64,000 nucleotides of DNA from Phyllosticta citribraziliensis (Eukaryota), in NCBI RefSeq assembly GCF_038025025.1, contig NW_027117339.1, forward strand, positions 310,001-374,000, written 5' to 3'. Shown here piece by piece: positions 24,240-35,626 of the stretch. Within the stretch, counting starts at the first letter, position 1. Every line of letters starts with the position of its first letter. Below the pieces are notes generated by a model. That model ran no database searches, was not told the DNA's origin, and worked only from the letters and a program-made list of their open reading frames with translations. A program made the position numbers and the translations under genes.

Positions 24240-26380
24240 GGATCACTCTGGTAAGTGGAGTGCAGAAGGCTTGAAGAACTCGCCCAAGAATGTAGGTCGG
24301 TCGATTTTATATCCCCTGGGAAGAGCCACGGACGTGTTTGCTTGGTGGGTGAGAAGGACGGGAGCAGGCAGACTGGTGTAGTACTGAGAGGACTCAAGGC
24401 GGACCGTGGAACGATCGTATGCAGCGTTAGTCGTGCAAGTACGCCAATCCGAAGCAATCCATCTTTTGTCATTGGCGGCAGGATGCTAGCTCCTGTGAGG
24501 TTGGCAATATACCTAGTTCCGAGGCAACGAAACAGAACGTCAGAGTTTGTTGCTCTTGGCAGACGTACTGGCTGATGAATACGAACTTGCAGGCTACATA
24601 AGATGCGTGTGTAATCATACAGCTTTCCGGCGTGGCTGCAAGCTGCACTGTAAATAATCGTTGGCCGGTGGTGGCCAGCGCGGATTTCCAGCATGAGTGG
24701 TCAAGATGAACACATGGATTACCATCCTGCGGATGCGCCTCATGGCAGCCTAACAGAAACCAAGCGATGCTTGGTAGAAGTCTTTGAGGCGAGCGATGCG
24801 AGTCTACGGCTGATGCCGTCTGGCGTATGATATGGCGATTGTGTCTGTTTCCAGTCGAAGCCGCCGCTATGTTTGTCTTGTTGAGCCGTCCCGGTGTGTC
24901 TTCCGTTGAGACATTAATTGCCAACATACAAATTCAATATTCGCGCGTTGCAATATTGGTTGTCAAAGCGAGAAGCGTAGGATTTGACCCGCGGTTGTGG
25001 TTGATGGGGCCTTGGATGGGAATAACCAAGCCTTGATTGATGTTTTAAGTTCGAGGTAGGCTAGAGTCGAGACTGTGCAATACACTCTGTGAAAAGTAGC
25101 GCATTGTCATCACTAGCTTTGAAAGATTGAAGCTTCTGGGCCGGCCTCGTACCAGATGAGTGGCTATTCTTCGAGTGCTTTGAGAGTGTCAGGGCAGGAT
25201 CTGCTTCTGGCATGCGTTGAGTGGATCCACGACCGTCCAAAGAGGCGTGACAGGGGCTACGAGGCCTTGCAGTAGCAGGACTATGCAGACTGATTTGACT
25301 GGAGTCTATTCGCCGAGGCAGCGGAGCCTTGCGCGGGGTACAGCTGTTGCCTTGCGTCCAGTATTCCGCTCACTTGAATGATGCATGGATGAACGAAAGC
25401 TTACTTGGAAGATTGTTCTGTGGAACAGGAGGGCAGCTAGTTTGGCATACAACATGTAGTAGCCGTACCGCACGCCGACGTGGGATGAGTCGTTGTACCA
25501 ATAACTCCGCTTGCAAGGCTTGATAGGTTAGCTTGAAACCGACAGATGGACGTGATTGTTGGAGCTGCAGTACGCAGGCGGAGAATGTCGCCTACAGCAG
25601 CCAAATCATCATTTTGATGCAACACAATCAATGATGTGTAGCAGGTCCATCAGTGGACTCTCCAGAGAAATGCAGGACTGGATTTAGATCTCAGGTATTG
25701 CTTATCAGTGCTGGTTTCTCTTGTGATTCTGGCTGACCTTGAAGGACAAACCAGTTGCAAAGGCCAAATACGAGTCGCGGCGAGAAATCTCAAGACGGCA
25801 TTCGCCTCGTGCCGGTGACGCCCTGTTGTTGTCGAGATAGATCAGCATGGCATCAAGATGGATCAGGGCATGGCCACCTCCTTGAGGCTCAAAGAGTTCG
25901 AAGAGGAAAAGATGAGTGCTAGGAACTGGGAGACGGAGAGAGGGACAGAACCAATCCACGGTAGAAGGCAGGTGTCAAACCCAGCGTAAGCCCGATTCGG
26001 CCTAGTCTCAACACCCTGCAAAGAACGACCCTGAGTCCGTCGGTTCCAAATTCCCTTCCAACTGACTTCTGGCATCTTCAACTCCATCGCAGCGAGCCCG
26101 GACATCACCGGACGAGCATTTGGTGAACAACGAGATGTTGTCCGAGCCAAGAGACGCAAAAGTAATCAGAGGCGGGACAAGGATACCTCGGCCCAGCATG
26201 GATGCGCAGACAGCTTCCCCACCCGCCCATGGCCTCAACACCAAAAGGCACCATGCGGGAGCATAATCCTTCAGCGTCGCCACGTCTGTATTCTCAATCG
26301 CCACCACATCTTGTCTCTCTCGCTTTCCGTTGACGCCGCCCTCGTCTCCGCCGTACGTTTCTGTCCAACAACTGTGCACA

Positions 26381-27384
26381 ATGGCAGCATCCCCGAAGTT
26401 CCAGTTCCCCCCGCCGCAAACGCAGTACAGTCTGCTGTCCTTTCCCGCGCCCTTTGTGCTGCTCGTGACGCTCAATCGTCCGCGCGACCTCAATTGCATC
26501 AACAGCGCCGGCAACGTCGAGCTGCACGCCGTCTGGGAATGGCTGGACCGGGAGCCCTCGCTGCGCGTAGGCATCGTCACCGGAGCAGGGCGCGCCTTTT
26601 GCGCGGGGGCGGATCTCAAAGGTTAGATGGACATCCCGTTGCATGCCCGTTCTCCTTCTTTGCAGTCCAGTTTCCCCTGTTTTAAGGTGGCTTGCCTGCA
26701 AAAGAGCTCGCATATCACGTTACTTGTTCTCAGTCCTGTCGCCGTCCGTTCTAACTCGCCACAGAGTGGCATCAAACCAACCTTGACACGACGCCCAAGC
26801 CGACCTTCGTGGGAGGCGGTTTCGGCGGCCTTTCGCGGCGGTCAGGCCTCAAGCCCGTCATCGCGGCCGTCAACGGGCTGGCCATGGGCGGCGGGTGCGA
26901 GATGATTGTTAATGCGGACCTGGTCTACGCGGCTCCGCGCGCCGTCTTCGCCCTGCCAGAGGCCAAGCGCGGAGTGCTGGTGCTGGCGGGCGCACTGCCG
27001 CGCCTCGTGCGCACCGTTGGCCGCCAACGGGCCATGGAGATGGCGCTGACGGGCCGCAATGTCTCGGCCCAAGAGATGCAAAGCTGGGGCGTTGTCAACG
27101 GCGTTGTCGAGGATGGGGATGCGCCTGATACGCCCGTCCTCGACAGGCGCGTTGTCAAGGAGGCGCTGAGGGTTGCGGGTGAGATTGCGGCGAACAGCCC
27201 AGACTCCGTCATTATCAACAGGGAGGGCGTAAAGATTGGATGGGAAGGGGTTGGTGTTGAAGAGGGAACACGGCTTTGGGTTGATCTCGTGGGATCCAGA
27301 ATGCAAGACAGGGAGAACATGGAAGAAGGAGTAAAAGCATTTGTTGAGAAGAGGAAGCCCGTGTGGAGGACCCCCAAGCTGTAG
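26381..27384 (+). CDS. Enoyl-CoA hydratase/isomerase (crotonase family), possible PTS1 (-PKL)
   Basis: TLNRP, TGAGRAFCAGADLK, KPVIAAVNGLAMGGGCE, FALPEAKRG, EGVKAFVEKRKPVW; intron 26622-26764. Confidence 0.92.
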
Positions 27385-27489
27385 TTTCGCTTTCGCGTTC
27401 GGTGGAAGAAAATCGGCCATTTTGTTCCGGTCAGATGCAGCAATCAAGACCCGCCATGGCGCGGAATCTGCCTGGCGTTTACGTCATGA

Positions 27490-28432
27490 CTATCTTAAAA
27501 TGCCAATGTGCACAATGAACCCCGAGTTTTCCTTCAGCTCCTTCGACAAAAGACTATCCGAAATCTTCCAAACCCTGAAACGCTTGTGAAAGGTTACGAG
27601 CCAGCGCTCAAAGACTTCGTACGTCCTCAGCTGCTGGGCAATGATGCAGTAAGTAGGCGGTGCTCCTTGGACTTGGGCGCGCTGAGCGCAAACCTCGGCA
27701 CACGTGTTAACGAATGGCTCGACTAGAGCCTCATTGTAGATGCAGTCGCAGGCAACTACTGCATCCACGCCACCATGGCTGACGCTACTTTTTGCCAGGT
27801 TGAGCTGGTGGAAGAGGCCCTCAACAGAATCCGTCTCCCAGTCCAACGTGGCCGTTTCAATCTTTCCGGCCGAAACATCCGCTGGCTTTGCCCGCTTACT
27901 GCCGGATGAAGAGCTCGTAGTGTTGGAGTTCTCGGCAATGTTCTGCCTCAGCAGCTTAAGTACGTAATCTTGGTCTGTGGCTATGTATCTGCCAATGTGT
28001 GGCGCCAAGGCTAGTGGCACTATGCCAGCGACGCCGCAGCCAAGCTCCAACACTGTCGAGGACGCTGTCAAGGCGTGAGACTGGAAAAGAAAATTGTCCC
28101 GGGCGGCAATGTATTGTGCAAAGAGGGGAGTGACCTTCCACACAACGGCGCCGGTGCTCCCCTGGGCTCGGTTGGAGGTCAACAGGCCTAGCGACTGTTG
28201 GATGGTGTAGTCTCGGCCGGCTACTGAAATGTCGAGCGTCGACGACTTGGGGTCGACGATTCCCAGCGCGTGCGACGGGATGTCCTGGGAGAAGACGACA
28301 AAGGCATCTGCCAAGGGAGCCGATTTAGCAGCCCTTGTAAGCTTTTTTGCGTCGCGTAGCTTTGTTACCTTCTTCGGGGTCAGAGACTTTGTCGCACTCG
28401 GAGTCGCAGAAGGCGCCGAGCGGCGAGTCCAT
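27490..28432 (-). CDS. RKM5: SAM-dependent protein lysine methyltransferase, Rkm5-like (Methyltransf_16)
   Basis: TGAVVWK, VLELGCGVAG, YIATDQ, LDWE, ACDCIYNE; likely start MDSPLGAFC..SDPEE joined by intron 28308-28368 to DAFVVFSQDIPS. Confidence 0.8.
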
Positions 28433-28913
28433 GGTGCAGATTGAGCTTCAAGAGAAGCTTCAGCTGACGGGTCCTCTGGCGTCGCGAGGTCCGGCGGGTA
28501 TCCGTTGGTGGTGAGCAGAGAGATGTGCAGCGAAGAGTCCAGGTCGACGTGTTGGCCGGGGGCGGCTGTTCCACGGAACGGAACCTCCATGGCTGGCACT
28601 CGACGTCACCGGATCCATCCAGTGCCAACCAACCGCAGCTCAGCCTGCCAGCCGGAAGCCGTTACCATCACTCATCCTTGCCCGGGCCTGCACCTCGACT
28701 GGACAACTACCTTACCTCACCTTACTTGACCTGCGCCCTCCTCCCTCCCGCAACGTTCCACCATTGCCCTCTGCTTCACCTTCTCCTCTCCAACTCGCCG
28801 CTTCAAGCGCCATCGTCTCCTGCTTCTCGCTCCGCAGCTCCTGCTGGCCCTTTTCCTCCCCCGACCTTGATCCCCGCCCTTCCTAGCTCCCCGCCTCCCG
28901 CCCTGTCGTCGTC

Positions 28914-31305
28914 ATGACGGACCTCAAGAGTCTGTATCCGCAGCCGCGCTGCTACAAGACGCCACCTTTCACCGTCGAAGTCCCCGGCTCTCAGAAGGTC
29001 GACGGCGAGACCGTGCCCCGTCGCAATGTCCGAACCAAGGACCAGCTCAAGATGCGGCCCCAAGAGGACATTGCAACCGTCTTCGACATTCTCAAGTACT
29101 CCTCGGCAAAGTTCGGCAACGCAAAGGCCGTGGGCTCTCGCAAGCTCATCAAGACCCACACCGACACCAAGAAGCTCAAGAAGTTGGTCGACGGCAAGGA
29201 GCAGGAGTTTGACAAGAAGTGGACCTACTTCGAGCTCGGGCCCTACAACTACTTGAGTTTCGTAGAGTATGAGAAGCTTGCTCTGCAAGTTGGCGCTGGC
29301 CTGCGCAAAATTGGGCTCAACAGCCCTGACAGGGTGCACATTTTTGCTGCCACTAGGTAAGCGCTGCGTCGTTGGTGCATCGAGAAGGCTGCTGACATCT
29401 CGGGAAGCGTGCATTGGCTTGCTACTGCTCATGGTGAGTGCATTTGGTGCATGCGCAATTTCGACTAGTCAAGCTGACATTCCCTAGGCTCCGTCTCTCA
29501 GTCGCTGCCAATTGTCACCGCCTATGACACGCTTGGAGAGGAAGGTCTCCGCCACTCGCTCGAGCAAACCCACGCCAAAGCCATTTTCCTCGATCCCCAT
29601 CTCCTCACCAAGCTCATCAAGCCCCTCGATACTGCCAAGGACGTTCAGCATGTCATTTACAACTCCCAAAGCGAGGTCAACGAGGGCGACATTGAAAAGC
29701 TCAAAGAGGCGCACCCTCACCTTACCATCAGAAGCTTCGAGGAACTGAGGAAGCTGGGAGAGGACAACCCGGTTGATCCCGTGCCACCCAGCGCAGACGA
29801 CCTTTGCTGCATCATGTACACCTCGGGTTCCACTGGCACTCCCAAGGGTGTTTTGCTCAAGCACAAGAACGTTGTCGCTTCCAGTGAGTGTTTTGCCTGC
29901 TTCCGCGCGACCAATGCTAACCCACGTAGTCGCCGGTGTCGACATCATTGTTGGCCCGTACCTCGGTCCTGGCGACGGTCTCCTCACCTACCTTCCGGCG
30001 GCGCATATTCTGGAATTCGTCTTTGAAAATGCCGCCCTCTACTGGGGTGGCACCATGGGCTACGGAAACCCCCGCACTTTGTCGGACCAGTCCGTCCGCA
30101 ACTGCAAGGGTGACATCCGCGAGTTCAGGCCAACCGTCCTTGTCGGTGTTCCCGCAGTCTGGGAGAATGTCAAGAAGGGCATCGTTGGCAAGGTCAGCGG
30201 CGGTGGATTCTTGGTTAAAAACATGTTTTGGGGTGCCATGGCCGCAAAGAACTTTTTGATGAAGACCAAGCTTCCCGGTGCTGGACTGCTCGACTCCATC
30301 GTCTTTAACAAGATCAAGGACGCGACTGGCGGCAGGCTGCGAATCACGATGAATGGTGGCGGCCCGATCGCGAAGGACACGCAAAACTTCATCTCCATGT
30401 CCATTACCCCGATGATCAGTGGCTACGGCTTGACCGAGACGGCTGCGTAAGTGAAGCTGATCCTGCATGTGAAGTTGCGTTGCTGATTACAATACAGTAT
30501 GGGGGCTCTCATGGATCCCCTGGCCTACACTCCGGACGCTCTTGGCGAGATCCCGGGCTGCGTCGAGCTCAAGCTCGTCGACTTTGCCGACGCAGGCTAC
30601 TTTTCTACCAACAAGCCACCCCAGGGAGAAATTTGGATCCGCGGCGGCGGTGTGTCTGACGGCTATTTGGACCTCGAGAAAGAGACCAAGGAGGCCTTTA
30701 CCGCAGATGGCTGGTTCAAGACTGGCGACATTGGCGAGTTTGACGAGAGAGGCCAGCTGCGCATCATCGATCGCAAGAAGAACTTGGTCAAGACTTTGGC
30801 GGGAGAGTATATTGCATTGGAAAAGGTATAAGTTTTTCAGCCCTGCACCGCTCAGGTGAGACGCTAATTGCGCAAACAGCTTGAATCAATCTATCGTTCG
30901 GCTACCGTTGTCGCAAACATTTGCATTTATGCGGCCCAAGACAAGCACAGGCCTATCGCCATCATCGTGCCCGCTGAGCCCGCATTGAAGAAACTTGCCG
31001 GCGAGAAGGGAGTTTCAGGCGAGCACTTGGAGGAGTTGTGCCACGACGAAAGAATCAACAACGCCGTGCTGCAACAGCTGCAACAGGCCGGCAAGCAGGG
31101 TGGCTTGGCAAGTTTCGAGATCATCGACGGCGTCGTGTTGGCCGACGAAGAGTGGACGCCCCAGAACGTGAGTAGTTTTCTCCGGGGAACAGATTCGATG
31201 CTAACTGATTTTCAGGGCCTCGTCACCGCTGCTCAGAAGCTCAACCGCAGGGGAATCTTGGACAAGTACAAGAAGGACGTTGAAAAGGCGTACGCGCACT
31301 CGTAA
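28914..31305 (+). CDS. FAA1: Long-chain fatty-acyl-CoA ligase (Faa1/Faa4-like)
   Basis: IMYTSGSTGTPKGV AMP-binding motif, GYGLTET, GWFKTGDIGE, IIDRKKNLVK; six introns including a 26-nt exon at 29408-29433. Confidence 0.93.
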
Positions 31306-31825
31306 TTTCGCCGTCTAGCCTAGTCGGCAGGTTGGTCAAAACAAGTCCCGGGCAAGGAATGCGGTCTGTGGCATTAGTTGGTTTCTTTTTTCCTAAGCTT
31401 TTTTTTCTTTCTTCGTTTGCAGTTGGAGAATCCCGTCCTTTTTTCTTCGCCATGGTGAAGACGGCGGCCTGGAGTTGAATGGAGAGGCCCGCTAAACTCA
31501 TATCCTTCTTTTTCTCTCGAGTGCTGCTGCTAGTTGGCTCGAATTTACAATTTTTTCTGACAGTGGTGACTTTCTCCTGACGGACAGTTGGTGATGGTCA
31601 AAAAAATTTCGTTTGGTATTCTTCCGGATTCCCTTGACACGTGTATCAAATCCACACTCAGTATTAGATGTCACGGCACCACAGTTTCTTCGTTTCTTCG
31701 TTTCTTCCCCACCAAATCGCCCATCACCACATCCACCACTGCTTTCCCAGCCTTCACCTCCTCTCTTTTCCTGACCACTCTCCCTCTCTTTCTTCTTCTT
31801 CCCTCTCATTCAATCACTCACTCGC

Positions 31826-32547
31826 TCAATCCTCCGGCCACGCACACGCCTGCCCCGCCCCCCACCGCGCCAGCCTCAAAACCTTGATCTTGCCGCCCTG
31901 CATCTCATACGTCGCCCAAAACCTCACGGCCACAGGCTTGCCCCTTCGCAGCTCCACGCCGTGCAGCGGTCCGCCGTCGGTGGGAAATTTGTCGTCTTCG
32001 TCGTCTCCCCCCTGTCCTTTAGGCTGGCTTTGCTCGCTTGCTGAGTGAGTTGAGTGAAGTGAGTGCGGCTCGCCAAACACAAACACAGCGTCCAACTCGG
32101 CCATGATGAACCGCCCGTCCGGACACCACGTCACGACGCGCGGGACGAGCTTCTCGCGCAGCTGCGCGGCGCGCGCGCCGCCGAAGAGCTGCAGCACGGT
32201 CGACAGGGGCGTGATGGCCATGCTGGGCTCTGCGGCTTCGTCTTCGTCGACGCCGCCGACTGCACTGGCGCCGGCGCCGGACTTCGGCAGCGCGGCGCTG
32301 ACGTAGGCTAGGTCGTCGGCGTAGTAGGCGGACATGGAGGAGAGGGGTGTGGGGGAGCTGAGGTGCGAGGTCGCGTTGTAGGCGGTGATGTAGGCGGCGT
32401 AGGAGAAGTTGGCGAACAGGGGGGGTGGGGGGAGGGAGAGGGTGGGTGGGGTGGTGGGTGTCCAGGGCTGTCTGTGATGTGGGTTAGATGCAAGGGTTGG
32501 TGGGTTGGTTACGTTGCGCACTTTTTGGGCGTTGCGGAGAGCGGCAT
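31826..32547 (-). CDS. Hypothetical protein, SnoaL/NTF2-like fold candidate
   Basis: ATG 32547 with intron 32472-32521 in frame; YAAYITAYNA..SAYYADDL..MAELDAVF..VRFWATYEMQGGKIKVLRLA pattern resembles SnoaL-like proteins. Confidence 0.55.
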
Positions 32548-33548
32548 GGTGTTGTTGGTTAGATTGGTTGTTGGCTCTCTGAATCTCGTGATATGGATCC
32601 GTTCGCTGTTTCTTTCCGCGCGGTCAAGTATTTCTGCAAAACAGACCATCTTCAAAAAGCAAACCGACACTGCCGCTGCTTCTTTTATACCTCCGTTTAC
32701 CTGACATACGCACGTCAGATGGTCTCAACCTAGGCGATCCTTTAAGCCATTCGGTCTCGCCAGCGTATTCGCAAACTTGCCTAGGTTCGTCCGCCGCCGC
32801 CCGCCCCCGCTGCTAGTGTGCGGTGGTGGGGCACGGCACTTGGTGGTACCTGGAGCTGCGGCCGGGATCTGGTGGTTTGCTTTTTCTTCGGTGCGGGCGG
32901 GAGGCGGGGTAAATTGGTCGGACGAAAGATGCGGTAGTGTTGCTGCGGACGGCTGGTGGTGGTTTGTTTTGTCTTGTTTGCCCCCGCTGGTTCGTTGGAA
33001 TGGGTGATGGGTCTGATTTGGTGTGGCTTGTGACAGTAGTGTGGTGGTGTTGTGGTTGGTGGGTGTGAGTTGGTTTGGTGCTCGATGCTCTGCTCGGTGC
33101 CGCGTCGTTCACGACATGCATCTTCTCAACACCAAGCCCAACGATTCGATGATGTGCATGTCATATCTGTCTTCCGACCATGAAATGATTCGATGAAGGT
33201 AGGAATCGCGAATGGAAGTCTTGAAAAGAAGAGAGGGAGTGCCATGTTTCAACATGGTTTGTCGAGCACTCATCCACGTCGCGTCAGTATATTTCCAGAC
33301 GCGTCCCCATCACGAAATGTACCGCATTCACGCGACAAAGTCAAACGCGTAAAAATTTGATGCAGATCAGATGTTTCTGACTTATCCGTGCTATGAAACC
33401 CAATTTTCTGGTGCATCTTCTTCTGTCCAACTCCATCCCATCGCAACTCCAATTCCTCTCCACCCCATCCCTGCCGATCTCGTACGCTCCATCCCTTCCT
33501 CTCCCCCAAGACATCTGCTAACACTTCTCTAACAGCACCTCACTCGAA

Positions 33549-34538
33549 ATGGCCCAGCCTCAGTCGCGTTGCGATGTCTGCGGTCCTTGCGATCGTCTCT
33601 TGCGATGTGGCGGCTGCAAAGTTGTATTTTACTGCAGCAAAGACCACCAGGCAGCCGACAGACGTGACCATAAAAGGCAATGCAACGACATCATCAACGA
33701 ACGCCTCAACTTCGAGGCCGAAGATGCCGCACTCCGAGCCAAGCCGTCGGACGTCTTCTTCACACAACCAATTTTTGAGAATGGAGTTGGACATTTTTGG
33801 GGTATCCACGAAACACGAGACTACATGCGGGCGAGATGTGCTTTTATCAACGCTCTCATCCCCGCCGGGACGGTCGAATCTCTGTCTCTCGCATTGGACC
33901 ACACGATGGACATGCTGCGCCTTTGCCGCGGCGACAATCTGGGCATGCGTTGGCAGGTTCCAGCTCTGCTCTTGCGCCTCGGAAAAGAGCAGCAATGCTA
34001 CGACTTCATCAAGTGGTGGGCCGCGATTGAAGACGACGGCAGCTACGACTGGGGAAACACCAGCCTTCCCTACCTTGACGTCAAGAACGCTGGCGTCTTC
34101 GAGCCCGTCGACATCTTTACAAAGAGATTTTCAGTTTACTTGACTTTCGACATGTTGCTCCTGAAGGTCAAACTCCTCCTGGACTTGATCGCACTGCAGC
34201 GCTCGCCGGAACGCAGCGACGGCTTTTCCACGAGCATCGTTCAGGCCAGGAAGGATGAGTTCCGGGCCGCGGGCCTCCAACCTTTGATCGAGAAGCTGGA
34301 ATCGCAAATCTCGCAGCTCTACCAGGCGGTCAAATCGTCGAATCCACACCTCTGGCCGGCGTTTATGGCTCCTGAGCCTCATTTGGGCACGAGACCGGAC
34401 TTCTATACCCCTGGAGATCTGACGGAGGCACAGATCGCTCTCCAACAATCATACCAGGCCTGGAACGAAACTCCAGGAGCGGAAGATGTGATTCATCGCC
34501 TGATGGCACAGGATCCGGACTTCCCCTCTCATGATTGA
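33549..34538 (+). CDS. MYND zinc-finger protein (329 aa)
   Basis: CDVC..LLRCGGCKVVFYCSKDHQAADRRDHKRQC MYND motif; fungal family motifs GHFWGIHETRDYMRAR, DMLRLCRGDNLG, CYDFIKWW. Confidence 0.9.
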   Translation: MAQPQSRCDVCGPCDRLLRCGGCKVVFYCSKDHQAADRRDHKRQCNDIINERLNFEAEDAALRAKPSDVFFTQPIFENGVGHFWGIHETRDYMRARCAFINALIPAGTVESLSLALDHTMDMLRLCRGDNLGMRWQVPALLLRLGKEQQCYDFIKWWAAIEDDGSYDWGNTSLPYLDVKNAGVFEPVDIFTKRFSVYLTFDMLLLKVKLLLDLIALQRSPERSDGFSTSIVQARKDEFRAAGLQPLIEKLESQISQLYQAVKSSNPHLWPAFMAPEPHLGTRPDFYTPGDLTEAQIALQQSYQAWNETPGAEDVIHRLMAQDPDFPSHD

Positions 34539-34939
34539 GCTTGTTGGGATTGGGGGTTTCGGACGCATTGACGCTTGGGAGTTGTACGTCGTGAACGAGG
34601 CAAGAAGAACTGATGAAACATTCTTTGTTTGAATTCGGGAATGTAGGCATCTGGCTTTCGTGGATGGTTGTTACAATCGTGGGGATAAGAAAGGTGTTGG
34701 CCTTGTGTGGGGTGAGAAGAGAAAACCTCAACTGACAAAATTGCCGTCGACTCTCCTATTCTGTGTCCACCGACACCTATTTGGCCTCGAGATAGCTGCT
34801 TCCTGGTCAGCATCGGAAGTTTCTGCGATCCCCCTTAGCCTGGCTGTCACGTGTATGGCCCTGGGCCTCAGATATAACCAAGTCGCGCCCGCAACCTTCT
34901 TCAAATCCAGCTCCATCTCCTCCAACCTTTGCTTTTCAT

Positions 34940-35626
34940 TTTTCGTTAGACATGTGTCCGTACTGGCCCGGAGAAATGATTTGAAGATCCAGTATCATCT
35001 TTCTTTCCTGCTGATACGCCTCGGGAGAGAGTCGGACCTGTATGAGTATCTCAAGTGGTATGAGACCAATCCATACTTTCCGACACTTCGAGAACCTGGA
35101 GGAAAGAACCGCGGACATCTTCGAACCGGTGGACGTACTCTGCGAAGCCATCACTGATCCATACAACCTGCAATGTCCTGATTTGTACATCATGTTTTGT
35201 GTCATGCTCCTAAAGGCCAAGCTCTTGCTGGATCTCCAAAAATCACCCGACTCACCCGACCGTCGCGATATTGCCCGAGTTGTGTACGAACGACTGAGCC
35301 ACCCCTCGATTCTCCACCATCCTTCTCAACTTCAGTGGCTCATCGACCATGTTGATGCGCAGATCAACCAGCCCATTCACGCTATCGACGAAACATGGCC
35401 ATGGATGTGGGCTTTCCTTTGGCACGAGCAGCACCTGAGGACGAATATTGTCGACTGGATGGAGGGAACCGAAGGAGAGGTCTGTTTCGCACTCCAGAAG
35501 ACTCATCAGCTCTGGAAAGCGATACATGAAGTCATCGGAATGGTCCGGCATCTCGTATTGCAAAATCCGAGGGCTCCAGTGCAAGGTCCGTTCGAAGATT
35601 TGGGTTCTGGACAGCAAAGTACTTGA
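34940..35626 (+). pseudogene. Degenerate tandem paralog of the MYND gene, lacking the zinc finger and frameshifted
   Basis: RRNDLKIQ..LLIRLGRESDLYEYLKWY (frame of ORF 34660) continues as ADIFEPVD..MLLKAKLLLDL..FALQKTHQLW (frame of ORF 35042); frameshift near 35085 with no intron signals. Confidence 0.7.

Noticed and set aside
28433..28599. N-terminal extension of the 369-aa methyltransferase ORF
   Set aside because: Better explained by ATG 28432 plus intron 28308-28368, which gives the family-typical DPEE-AF start
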